Source of the DNA: Acidimicrobiia bacterium
GTDB taxonomy: Bacteria > Actinomycetota > Acidimicrobiia > Acidimicrobiales > JANYDT01
Length of the DNA: 64,000 nucleotides
Assembly: GCA_031368215.1 (NCBI GenBank)
Contig: JANLRD010000276.1
Location: forward strand, 12,865 to 76,864
Direction: 5' to 3'
This document shows, piece after piece, positions 29,259 through 38,996 of this stretch (positions within the stretch are counted from its first letter, which is position 1; each line of letters begins with the position of its first letter). The translations under genes were made by a program, and so were the position numbers. The notes under the pieces are model-generated. The model ran no database searches, had not been told where the DNA came from, and worked only from the letters and a program-made list of their open reading frames with translations.

Positions 29259-30812
29259 TCAGCTCAGAGACGACAGCTCATGTTCGATGGCCATCAACTC
29301 TTCCCGGGTTCCCTGGACTTTCGGGCCGTGGAACCAGTTCCTTGCTGACGCGAACCACCAGATGCCAACGAGGACTCCGATGCCACCGACCACCGGAAGC
29401 GTCAGGTTTGCCGTCTCCCACTTGTTCCACGGCACGAACTGCGGCAGCACACCGATGAGGCAGATCCCGAGCACGTAGATCACCGCGAACCAGCCGACGG
29501 CCTTGCTGCGATTGCCGAGGTGCCACGGTCCCTTCTGGAAGTCGGGATTGCGCAGCCGGAGGTAGACCGGAATGATGTAGCTGATGTAGAGCCCGATCAC
29601 GCACATCAGCGTCAGGGCAAAGAACGCCACCGGGATGGCCTTTTTCGTCTGGATCAAGGTGAGCGAACCGGCGATCGCCGAGAGCACCACGCCGAACCAG
29701 ATCGAGTTTGTTGGCGTGCGGGTGCGAGGGTTGATGCGGTGCCAGAACTTCGAACCCGGCAGGCCGTCGTCGCGAGAGAACGCGTAGATCATTCGGCTGT
29801 TCGCCGTGACCGATGCCATGCCGCAGAAGAATTGGCCGACTGTCGCAATGATCACGAGCAGCTTGCCGAGGAACCCGGCGATCGACATGGTGAACACCAG
29901 CGCACCGGCGAGGATGCCGCCGGCCGCGATCTCGTCGTACTTGCCCTTCGGAATGGCGATGAGCATCGCGGCGTTCATGAGCAGAGCGGCGATCGCCGAA
30001 ATCCAGATCGACCGCACGATGGCCTTCGGAGCGCTGGTGGCGGCGCCGTGGGTTTCCTCGCTGACGTGCGCCGAAGCGTCGAAGCCGGTAATCGTGTACT
30101 GGGCGAGAAGAAGGCCGACCAGGCCAACGTAGAGGCCCGATCCGGGGAAGCTCCAGCCGGTGGTGTTCTTGAAGTCGAAGATGCCCGTGGTACCGGTCTT
30201 GTTCTTTCCCGCGAGCAGAAGAGCGCCGACGATCACCGCCACCCCGATGACGTGCCACCACACGCTGATGTCACCCAGGAGCTTCACGAGCTTCACGCCA
30301 TAGGTGTTGAGCAGACCGTGAACCGCCAGCAGGATCAGGTAGGTGACGTAGACGGTCCACTTCGTCGGCCGCAGATCGTCCCAGCCGAGCAGCTTGAAGC
30401 TGTAGAGCACGTAGTTGGCAAGCGCCCAGTCGACCGACGCGATGACGCCGATCTGGCCGACGAGGTTGAACCACCCGGTGAACCAGGACCACATCGCACC
30501 GTTCTTGCGGGCGAGCTTGGCTGACCAGTAGTAGAGACCACCTGCGGTCGGATAGGCCGAGCAGATCTCCCCCATCGACGCGCCCACGGCGAGCGCGCCG
30601 ATGCCGACGATCACCCAACCGAGGAGGATGACGCGTGGGCCGCCGGCGAACATGCCGAGCGAGAAGCTCGTGAGTGCACCCGCGAGCACCGAGATGATGG
30701 AGAAGCTGATGGCGAAGTTCGAGAACGTCCCCATGCCTCGGTGAAGTTCCTGGGCATAGCCCAGTTCGTGCAATCGGTCTCTATCGGCATTGGAAGAGCC
30801 GTCTTTGCTCAT
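29259..30812 (-). CDS. APC-superfamily amino-acid/polyamine permease
   Basis: 517 aa with about 12-13 TM segments. N-terminal motif FSNFAISFSIISVLAG...ICSAYPTAGGLYYW. Confidence 0.9.
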   Translation of the reverse strand: MSKDGSSNADRDRLHELGYAQELHRGMGTFSNFAISFSIISVLAGALTSFSLGMFAGGPRVILLGWVIVGIGALAVGASMGEICSAYPTAGGLYYWSAKLARKNGAMWSWFTGWFNLVGQIGVIASVDWALANYVLYSFKLLGWDDLRPTKWTVYVTYLILLAVHGLLNTYGVKLVKLLGDISVWWHVIGVAVIVGALLLAGKNKTGTTGIFDFKNTTGWSFPGSGLYVGLVGLLLAQYTITGFDASAHVSEETHGAATSAPKAIVRSIWISAIAALLMNAAMLIAIPKGKYDEIAAGGILAGALVFTMSIAGFLGKLLVIIATVGQFFCGMASVTANSRMIYAFSRDDGLPGSKFWHRINPRTRTPTNSIWFGVVLSAIAGSLTLIQTKKAIPVAFFALTLMCVIGLYISYIIPVYLRLRNPDFQKGPWHLGNRSKAVGWFAVIYVLGICLIGVLPQFVPWNKWETANLTLPVVGGIGVLVGIWWFASARNWFHGPKVQGTREELMAIEHELSSLS

Positions 30813-30905
30813 GAGTCCCCCTCGGACCTGTGTGCGCGGGCCTCGGCGTGGCGGTTCGACGCCCCAGCCCGTGAAGGGTCGTCGGGCCCTTGCTTATCAC
30901 TGTGA

Positions 30906-30923
30906 AGTCGACGCGCGTCGACT
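30906..30923. promoter_or_regulatory. perfect 18-bp palindrome AGTCGACGCGCGTCGACT
   Basis: Read directly. It lies about 95 nt upstream of the permease start (30812) and 47 nt after the molybdoenzyme stop (30970). It could be an operator or a terminator hairpin. Confidence 0.4.
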
Positions 30924-30969
30924 CATCCGAACGGATGCCGGTCGCCGCCGGGGTCTGCGACGGGCAGTC

Positions 30970-33060
30970 CTACAAGCGCGTCACTTCGACGAGCGTGTCG
31001 GAATACGCGACCCCGCCACCGAAGCTCGTGAGGGTGTCGTTGGTCAGCGAGTTCGCCGTTCTCCCATCGGAATGATCCGTGCTTGCCCATCCGAACGGCA
31101 CCGCCACGACACCGGGACGCACCGTCGTGCCAATACGCGCCGTGAGCGTGAGGGACGAGCGGTTGTTGAAGACGCGCACCGTGTCGCCGGCGGCGATCCC
31201 ACGGGCCGAGGCGTCGGCGTCGGAGAGTTCCACGTACGGCCCACCTTCGCGGCCGCCGTGATTCGGCAGGTGGGCATACGACGAGTTGAGGAAGCGGGTG
31301 TGGACCTTCGGAGTCATGAGCGACAGCGGGAACTCGGAAGCTCCCGCGCCGTGAGGACCTTCGATCGACGGCACATACGTGGCGACGAGACCGAGGCCGG
31401 ACCGCTCCATGGCCTCGGATGACAGCTGGGCCCGTCCGTCGGGGGTCGCGAAGCCCCCCTTCTCGAACGGTCGGTAGTCCTCGGCGATGTTGAGGCGAAC
31501 CGTCCCTTCTGCCTGCAGACGTTCGAGGGTGACGCCTTCGGCGAACTCGTGTCCGGAGGCCAACGCCAGCTCCAGCAGCTCGTCGTCGGTGGCGAAGAGT
31601 TCGAGTTCGGTGTAGCCCATCGCTCCCGCGAGACGGCGGAACAGTTCGCTGTTCGACACCGACTCGCCGAGCGGGGCGATCGCGGCTTGGTTCCAATTGA
31701 GGTGCATCGATCCCCACGACGGCGTGATGTCGTTCGCCTCGATGTGGGTTGCCGCAGGCAGGACGATGTCGGCATAACGGGCAGTGTCGGTGATGAACAC
31801 TTCGTGCACCACGGTGAAGAGGTCGTCGCGCTCGAGACCTTGACGGATGGCGTCGGCGTTCGGAAGAGTCACCGCCGGGTTGAAGTTCCACACCACCAGT
31901 GCTGAAACACGAGGCGTCAGTGTGTCATCAGTCAGCCAGCGTCCGACCTGGTTCTGCGAAAGCGATCGCGAACGCGTGGCAGCCCTGAGGCTCGGGGCGG
32001 CAATCGAGCCGATCGCATCGCTGGTATAGGTCCCAACGGAGCGCGACATGCCGCCGCCTCGATGGCGCCACGAACCGAGCAGCACCGGCAGGGCGGCGAG
32101 AAGGCGGAAGAACTGGGCGCCGTGCTCGCGGTGTTCGGCACCGATGACGGTCCGGAAATGAACCGGCGGGGCGGTCGCCACCACCCGGGCAAAGTCCTCG
32201 ATTTCGGCGACCGTAAGCCCACATACCTCTGCGGCGCGTGCCGGAGTCCAGTTCGCCGCTTCGGCAACGAGGTCGTCGTACCCCGACGCGTAACTGTCGA
32301 CGTAGGCGTGGTCGATGCGGGCGTCGCGGACGAAGATGTAGATCAGCGCGAGCATCAGGGCGACGTCGGTGCCGGGAAGAGGCTGGACGAACACGTCGCT
32401 GCTCTCGGCCGTCATCGTACGGAGGGGGTCGATACAGATGACTGACGCACCTTTAGCGCGCGCTTCTTCGATGAAGGGCCAGAGATGACGGTTGGTGAGC
32501 CTCGTGTTCGTGCCCCACAACACGATGCACTTGGCATGGCGGACCTCCACGGGATCGGCGGCACGCCCGGAACCGTACGTCGCCGCCGTACCAACGCCTG
32601 CCGCTTGTCCGCACACGGAATCGACCATCCGGGACGCGCCGAGACGGTCCATCAGTCGCTGGTGGGCGTGCATGGCCAGCACGCTCTGATTGCCGGCATC
32701 CCACAGCGGCATGATTCCCTCGCCGCCGTCACGTTCGATGATCGACGTCCACCGCTGGGCGATCTCGGCGAGCGCCTCATCCCAGGAGATCGGCTCGAAC
32801 CGACCCTCACCCTTCGCCCCGACCCGTCGCAGCGGGGTCAGCACGCGGTCAGGGCTGTAGACCCGATCGAGATACCGGTTGACCTTCGCGCACAGCTCGC
32901 CCCGGGAGAACGGATGCTCGGGGTTGCCGCGCATCTTGGTGGCGCGGTCTGGCCCGCCTTCGGGGTCGGACGCCACCGTGACGATCCAACCGCAGGAGTC
33001 GGGGCAGTCGTGATGGCAGACACCGGTGACCGTTCGCATACTCGAAACGGTAGACGTCAT
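30970..33060 (-). CDS. molybdopterin (MopB-family) oxidoreductase with an N-terminal 4Fe-4S motif
   Basis: 696 aa. CHHDCPDSCGW...C cluster, with a molybdopterin-binding domain and a C-terminal barrel region. There is no in-frame TGA. Confidence 0.88.
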   Translation of the reverse strand: MTSTVSSMRTVTGVCHHDCPDSCGWIVTVASDPEGGPDRATKMRGNPEHPFSRGELCAKVNRYLDRVYSPDRVLTPLRRVGAKGEGRFEPISWDEALAEIAQRWTSIIERDGGEGIMPLWDAGNQSVLAMHAHQRLMDRLGASRMVDSVCGQAAGVGTAATYGSGRAADPVEVRHAKCIVLWGTNTRLTNRHLWPFIEEARAKGASVICIDPLRTMTAESSDVFVQPLPGTDVALMLALIYIFVRDARIDHAYVDSYASGYDDLVAEAANWTPARAAEVCGLTVAEIEDFARVVATAPPVHFRTVIGAEHREHGAQFFRLLAALPVLLGSWRHRGGGMSRSVGTYTSDAIGSIAAPSLRAATRSRSLSQNQVGRWLTDDTLTPRVSALVVWNFNPAVTLPNADAIRQGLERDDLFTVVHEVFITDTARYADIVLPAATHIEANDITPSWGSMHLNWNQAAIAPLGESVSNSELFRRLAGAMGYTELELFATDDELLELALASGHEFAEGVTLERLQAEGTVRLNIAEDYRPFEKGGFATPDGRAQLSSEAMERSGLGLVATYVPSIEGPHGAGASEFPLSLMTPKVHTRFLNSSYAHLPNHGGREGGPYVELSDADASARGIAAGDTVRVFNNRSSLTLTARIGTTVRPGVVAVPFGWASTDHSDGRTANSLTNDTLTSFGGGVAYSDTLVEVTRL

Positions 33061-33115
33061 CAGGTCCGCTGCCCAGCGATTTGCCCGCCTCCGGGTTCGG
33101 TAGCGTCAGTCGACC

Positions 33116-34159
<1,044 letters not shown>

Positions 34160-34165
34160 GCCCGG

Positions 34166-34244
34166 CATCCCACATGCCGCGCCTCGACATCCCACATCGC
34201 CCGATTCCGCAAGTTTTCGACGTCCGAGTAGCCGATGTGGGATG
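34166..34244. repeat. three CATCCCACAT(C)G boxes, including a 12-bp perfect inverted repeat
   Basis: Box 34166..34176 sits within the palindromic GGCATCCCACATGCC. Box 34188..34199 is CATCCCACATCG, and 34233..34244 is CGATGTGGGATG. All lie between convergent genes. Confidence 0.6.
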
Positions 34245-34295
34245 CCAAACCGGGTGCCGAAGACGCTCTTAGGCGGGGCCTGGCGACCAACAAGC

Positions 34296-35135
34296 TCAGT
34301 GGTATTCCTCGCCGCCAGAGACGTTCATGGACTCGCCGGTGATGTAGTCGGCGTCGGACGAGCAGAGGAACGCACATGCCGCGGCGATGTCGGCAGGCGT
34401 GCCCGTTCGCCCGATCGGTATGCGCGCTTTCATTGCGGTGAGGTAGTCGTCAACGTCTTGGCCGCCGAGTGCCGAGAAGTGCGAGTTCTGCCAGGCTCCG
34501 AGTCCCGTGGTCACGTGGTTCGGACAGATCGCGTTCACTGTGATGCCGTGCTGCGCGAGTTCCAACGCGGCGGAGCGGGTGAACCCGACCACGCCGTGCT
34601 TCGACGACGTATACGCGCTGGCGTTGGCGAACCCGCTCTTCGACGCCTGCGAGCCGATGTTGACGATGCGTCCGCCCTGACCCTGGGCGAGCAACTGCCG
34701 GGCGACGTGTTTGGTGCACAGGAACATGCCCTTGAGGTTGACACCGAGCACCGCATCCCAGTCGTCGACCGGCGTGTCCACGATGAGCGTCATGAGGTAG
34801 CCGATGCCCGCGTTGTTGACGAGGAAGTCGACCCGACCGAAGGTCTCGACGGTGTTGGCGACCATGGCCGCGACTTGGTCTTCGAGGCGCACATCGCACG
34901 GCTGCGTGCGGACGCTCGCGCCCGTCTCCGCACGGATCGACTCGGCGACCTTCTCCATCTCTTCGCTCGTACCGATGCCGTGTGCCGGGAAGCGGTCACC
35001 GTCGAGCGTCCCCTTGTCCGTCAGGACGATCGACGCGCCTTCCGTCGCAAGCCGGCGGGCCATCGCCTCGCCGAGGCCCTTGAAGCGGCCCGCGCCGGTG
35101 ACGATCGCGACCTTCCCGTCGAAACGACCCCTCAC
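34296..35135 (-). CDS. SDR-family oxidoreductase
   Basis: GTG 35135 is preceded by GAGGAG. Motifs VTGAGRFKGLG and YTSSK. Confidence 0.85.
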   Translation of the reverse strand: MRGRFDGKVAIVTGAGRFKGLGEAMARRLATEGASIVLTDKGTLDGDRFPAHGIGTSEEMEKVAESIRAETGASVRTQPCDVRLEDQVAAMVANTVETFGRVDFLVNNAGIGYLMTLIVDTPVDDWDAVLGVNLKGMFLCTKHVARQLLAQGQGGRIVNIGSQASKSGFANASAYTSSKHGVVGFTRSAALELAQHGITVNAICPNHVTTGLGAWQNSHFSALGGQDVDDYLTAMKARIPIGRTGTPADIAAACAFLCSSDADYITGESMNVSGGEEYH

Positions 35136-35187
35136 GCGAACGCTCCTCTTCTGGTGGCGGTGAATCGGCGCGACACCCGCTGATTCA

Positions 35188-35499
35188 TTAGGCGAACGCC
35201 TCGCCGAGCATGAACACCGCGTCCGCCAGTTCACCGAACTTGGACGTGATCTCGGCCATGGCCGGAGAGCCGCCGATATCGACGCCGAGCTCGTCCATCG
35301 ACGAGAAGTCGATCACCTCGACGTAGCGGTAGGGCGCCGGGTCCTCCGTGCCCATCACGCCAGCCATGCGGAACACGCGGAAGTCGGAAACGCTCTTGAG
35401 TCCCTTCACCGTCGGCACGTCGAGAGTGGTCGCGAAGGCCTCGTAGTCGGCTTCGGAGACGCCGGGTTTGAGGTTGAACAGGACGATGAGGGCAGCCAT
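35188..35499 (-). CDS. small hypothetical protein (ferredoxin-like alpha/beta barrel by eye)
   Basis: 103-aa GC3-rich ORF, MAALIVLFNLKPGVSEADYEAF... Confidence 0.55.
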   Translation of the reverse strand: MAALIVLFNLKPGVSEADYEAFATTLDVPTVKGLKSVSDFRVFRMAGVMGTEDPAPYRYVEVIDFSSMDELGVDIGGSPAMAEITSKFGELADAVFMLGEAFA

Positions 35500-35584
35500 G
35501 GCGATGTGTCTAGCAAACGTTGGGAGTGGGGCGCCTGCTGGCCGGCCGGTTCCCTTCCTCTATCCGTTCAGCCATACTCCACCC

Positions 35585-36232
35585 ATGGAAACCGGACATC
35601 ACGAATCCTGCCAGCGCCGAGTGCGGGTCGTGCACGACGGCCTCGTTGCGGTGGACACCACCGAGGCGATCTACGTCTGGGAGCATCCGTATTACCCGTG
35701 GTGGTACGTACCCACCGCCTCGGTGAAGAGCGAGCTCCTCCCTGACGCGGCGCTCAGCGACGGCATCGGGATCGACGGATACACCCGCATCGACTGGAAA
35801 GGAGTCGATGCGTGGTTCGAGGAAGACGAGGAGGCCTTCGGACATCCCCGTGACCCGTATCACCGCGTTGATGTGCGCGACTCGAGCCGACATGTACGCG
35901 TGAGCATCGATGGCGTCGTCGTGGCCGAATCGAACCACCCCCGCCTGCTGTTCGAGACCGGCCTCCCGGCCCGCTACTACCTGCCGAAGCTCGACGTCCG
36001 CACGGACCTGCTCACGCCGACGGCGAAGTCGTCGGTATGTCCGTACAAGGGCGTGGCCGAGTACTGGTCCGTCGACGTCAACGGCACGACCCATCCCGAC
36101 GTGGTGTGGAGCTATCGCGACCCGATCCCGGAAGCGTTCAAGATCGCCGGGCTCGTCAGCTTCTACAACGAGAAGGTCGACATCGAGGTCGACGGCCACC
36201 CCGTCGGCCGCCCGGTCACGGCGTTTTCGTAG
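35585..36232 (+). CDS. DUF427 domain protein (two DUF427 repeats)
   Basis: Start at ATG 35585. Repeat halves contain VWEHPYYPWWYVP and CPYKGVAEYWSV. Confidence 0.75.
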   Translation: METGHHESCQRRVRVVHDGLVAVDTTEAIYVWEHPYYPWWYVPTASVKSELLPDAALSDGIGIDGYTRIDWKGVDAWFEEDEEAFGHPRDPYHRVDVRDSSRHVRVSIDGVVVAESNHPRLLFETGLPARYYLPKLDVRTDLLTPTAKSSVCPYKGVAEYWSVDVNGTTHPDVVWSYRDPIPEAFKIAGLVSFYNEKVDIEVDGHPVGRPVTAFS

Positions 36233-36341
36233 GCCTTACCGACGGCTCCGGCGTGGGCCGGGATCGGCGGGGAAAACCAATCCCTCCCGGCCCAAGCCAG
36301 CCAGCTGGCCCACGATCGTGGGCGCTCGAGGCTGCAACCGG

Positions 36342-37151
36342 TCAGTGGCGGTCGAGGAATGCGCCGAGGATCTTGTCGAAGCGGAGCTTGGTTTGCTTAC
36401 CGGCGATCGCGTGCGGCAGGTCCGCCCACAGCTCGCCCGTGGCCCCGGGGATCCCGTGTTCGAGCGGCAGTGTGTTCGACGGGGGTGTGATCGCGTCGGC
36501 GCCGGCGTGAACGAGATGCGTCGGGCAACGGATCTGTCCGAGACGACTGAGCACGTCGTGGTCGAGACAGGCCTGCACGAGTCGCTCGTGGGCGGGGAGG
36601 CGACCGCGCAACTCGCCCCAGGCACCCTTGGCACCAAGGAGTCGGCTGCGATTGGCGTCATAGAACGCCGGGTCGAAGGACAAGCTCGCTGCCATCGTCT
36701 GGAACGCCTCAAACCCGAGGTGACGGTGCACCTCACGGAACAGCACGAGTACGTCGGTGAGACGGGCATCGGGCCGGGCCCAGCAACCGGTCATGAACAG
36801 GCTGCGGGCCAAGTCAGGTCTGGCGATTGCCACCTCCTGAGCGATGCACGCACCCATGCCGACCATCCCGATCAGGTGCACCGACGACCAGCCCAGGTGA
36901 TCGCAAAGGGACGCGGTGATCTTGGCGTAGCGACGCATCGACGGCTGATGCGCCCCGTCGAAGCCCGAGTCACCGACCCCGGGGTAATCCCAGACCAACA
37001 CCTGGCACCGGTCGCGCACGGCCTGCGGTACCCCGGCGATTGCGCCGTGGGCGAACGTGCCCCATCCGCCCATCACGACGGCGGGGGCGAGGCCCGGGTC
37101 GCCGTGCACCTCGAACCAGATGTCGGTGCCGTCAATGGGAAGCAGGGGCAT
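36342..37151 (-). CDS. alpha/beta-hydrolase-fold protein apparently lacking the Ser nucleophile
   Basis: 269 aa from ATG 37151 (MPLLPIDGTDIWFEVHG...). The nucleophile elbow reads HLIGMVGMGA instead of G-x-S-x-G. Confidence 0.75.
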   Translation of the reverse strand: MPLLPIDGTDIWFEVHGDPGLAPAVVMGGWGTFAHGAIAGVPQAVRDRCQVLVWDYPGVGDSGFDGAHQPSMRRYAKITASLCDHLGWSSVHLIGMVGMGACIAQEVAIARPDLARSLFMTGCWARPDARLTDVLVLFREVHRHLGFEAFQTMAASLSFDPAFYDANRSRLLGAKGAWGELRGRLPAHERLVQACLDHDVLSRLGQIRCPTHLVHAGADAITPPSNTLPLEHGIPGATGELWADLPHAIAGKQTKLRFDKILGAFLDRH

Positions 37152-37280
37152 GGGGACATTCTCGTCGACATCGGCGCAATTGCTGATCTCACTGCCATGT
37201 TTGGTCCAAGCTCGATGGATGCAGAACTCGGGTCCGGAACACCGTTGCATCGCCTCGACGATCGTCGGTGGGGGGACGCC

Positions 37281-38267
37281 GTGAGCGGCACACCTCGCAT
37301 CCTCGTCACGGGACCCGTTCCCGCACCGGCGCTCGCCCTGCTCCGGGCGGGAACCGTTGACGGCGTGCCGGTCGTGGTGGATGCCTGGGACCATGACGAG
37401 CCGATGCCACGCGCCGAACTACTGGCGCGTGCCCGCGACTGCAACGGCATCGTATGCCTGCTTACGGAACGCGTCGACGAAGAAGTGCTGCGCGCCGCGG
37501 GACCGCTGCTGCGTGTTGTCGCGAACGTGGCCGTCGGCTACAACAACCTCGATGTGCCGGCGATCCACGAACACGGAGCCGTAGCGACCAACACGCCGGG
37601 CGTCCTCACCGATGCCACTGCCGACATCGCCCTCGCCCTGATCCTGATGACGACCCGACGCCTCGGCGAGGGCGAACGGATCATCCGCTCGGGCGAACCG
37701 TGGAAGTGGGCGATGTCGTTCCATCTCGGCACGGGCATCGCCGGCAAGCGACTCGGCATCGTCGGCATGGGAGCGATCGGTCAGGCACTGGCGCAACGGG
37801 CCCGGGCGTGCGGGATGACGATTGCGTACAGCAACGGTCGTCCGGTCGACCCCGACGTTGCGAGCGCGCTCAACGCGCGGTTCGTCTCACTCGACGAGCT
37901 CCTCGCCACCAGCGACGTCGTGTCGATCCATTGCCCGTACTCACCGGCCACGCATCACCTCTTCAACGCCGACCGACTGGCGCGGATGCAGCCCCACGCG
38001 TTCCTGGTCAACACCGCCCGAGGTCCGATCGTGGACGAAGCTGCGCTCGTCGATGCGCTCGAGCGGAGGATCATCGCCGGCGCCGGGCTCGACGTGTTCG
38101 AGCACGAACCTTCCGTACATCCCGGGCTCGTGAACCGCAACGACGTGGTGCTCCTCCCCCACCTCGGCTCGGCCACCGTCGAGACCCGAACCGCGATGGC
38201 GGTGCTCGCGGTCCGCAACTGCCTCGCCGTTCTCAACCACCAGCCCCCGCTCACCCCGATCCGCTAG
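37281..38267 (+). CDS. D-isomer-specific 2-hydroxyacid dehydrogenase (glyoxylate/hydroxypyruvate reductase-like)
   Basis: GTG 37281 (VSGTPRILVTG...). NAD motif GIVGMGAIGQ; catalytic region NTARG...E...PHLGSAT. The upstream part of track ORF 35910..38267 is a shadow frame. Confidence 0.88.
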   Translation: MSGTPRILVTGPVPAPALALLRAGTVDGVPVVVDAWDHDEPMPRAELLARARDCNGIVCLLTERVDEEVLRAAGPLLRVVANVAVGYNNLDVPAIHEHGAVATNTPGVLTDATADIALALILMTTRRLGEGERIIRSGEPWKWAMSFHLGTGIAGKRLGIVGMGAIGQALAQRARACGMTIAYSNGRPVDPDVASALNARFVSLDELLATSDVVSIHCPYSPATHHLFNADRLARMQPHAFLVNTARGPIVDEAALVDALERRIIAGAGLDVFEHEPSVHPGLVNRNDVVLLPHLGSATVETRTAMAVLAVRNCLAVLNHQPPLTPIR

Positions 38268-38295
38268 GCGAGCTCGCGCCGAGCCCCTCGCTGAT

Positions 38296-38820
38296 CTACG
38301 CGGCGTTGACCGTTGTGCTGACGGTGCTCGTGCTCGTCGGGCGACGTCGCAGCGAGATGTCGGAGCACTCCACGCAGGACGACTCCGGCAACACGCCGAG
38401 GCGGACCAGGTGGCCGTACATCCAGCAGCCGAGGCAGAAGCCGAGGCCGGCTTCCAGGGAGGCGGCGAACACCAGGACCGCCATGGCCACGACCGCAACG
38501 GTCGGAGCACCGGCAAACCAGCCGAGCACCGCAACCGACGAGACGGCGAGGCCGATCCCTTGGGCGAAGCGCTTCGGCGACCCGGCAACGGTCTTCGGCT
38601 CACCGAGGCGAGGCGCAATCACGTGGACGGCGACGCGGGCGAGCGGCGAGAACGTCGGGCCGGCAATCACCCGGGCGAGGAACCCGAAGGCCAGCGTGAC
38701 CAGCAAGAATGACCAGCGGAACGCCAGGAACAGAACGGCCTGGGCGACGACGCCGGAGGCGACAACCCGCGCCGCCTTCTCATTCACCGTCGCCGGAAAT
38801 CGGAGCCATGTCGGACGCAT
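38296..38820 (-). CDS. DUF4395-like membrane protein
   Basis: 174 aa. N-terminal FPATVNEKAARVVA, 3-4 TM segments, and a C-terminal Cys pair CLGCW...CVEC. Confidence 0.65.
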   Translation of the reverse strand: MRPTWLRFPATVNEKAARVVASGVVAQAVLFLAFRWSFLLVTLAFGFLARVIAGPTFSPLARVAVHVIAPRLGEPKTVAGSPKRFAQGIGLAVSSVAVLGWFAGAPTVAVVAMAVLVFAASLEAGLGFCLGCWMYGHLVRLGVLPESSCVECSDISLRRRPTSTSTVSTTVNAA

Positions 38821-38996
38821 ACCTCCACCCTATCGGCAATTCCCGACAAAAACCATCGGCTTTATCGCCAATCGCGCCGGCGCGCACGTCGACCGGCTTC
38901 ACACGCAGATCGTCGAAGACGACGAGCCTGCCGACAAATTTCAGGAAAGGTGCGCGCCAAACTGCACGACCTGCGCGCAAAGGACGGGAGACCGCT

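Noticed and set aside
30840-30880. tRNA-like GGTTCGA motif (gtggcggttcgacgcccc).
   Set aside because: The flanking bases do not form a T-stem: the 5-nt arms are not complementary. No acceptor, D or anticodon arms could be drawn.
30970-33060. The molybdopterin oxidoreductase as a Sec-containing formate dehydrogenase, which would support Sec usage in this genome.
   Set aside because: The ORF is uninterrupted, with Cys residues in the N-terminal cluster and no in-frame TGA. It gives no evidence for or against selenocysteine machinery.
34164-34199. CATCCCACA boxes as DnaA boxes or an origin.
   Set aside because: They match the TTGTCCACA-type consensus only partially. They sit between convergent metabolic genes, and there is no dnaA/dnaN context or AT-rich unwinding element.
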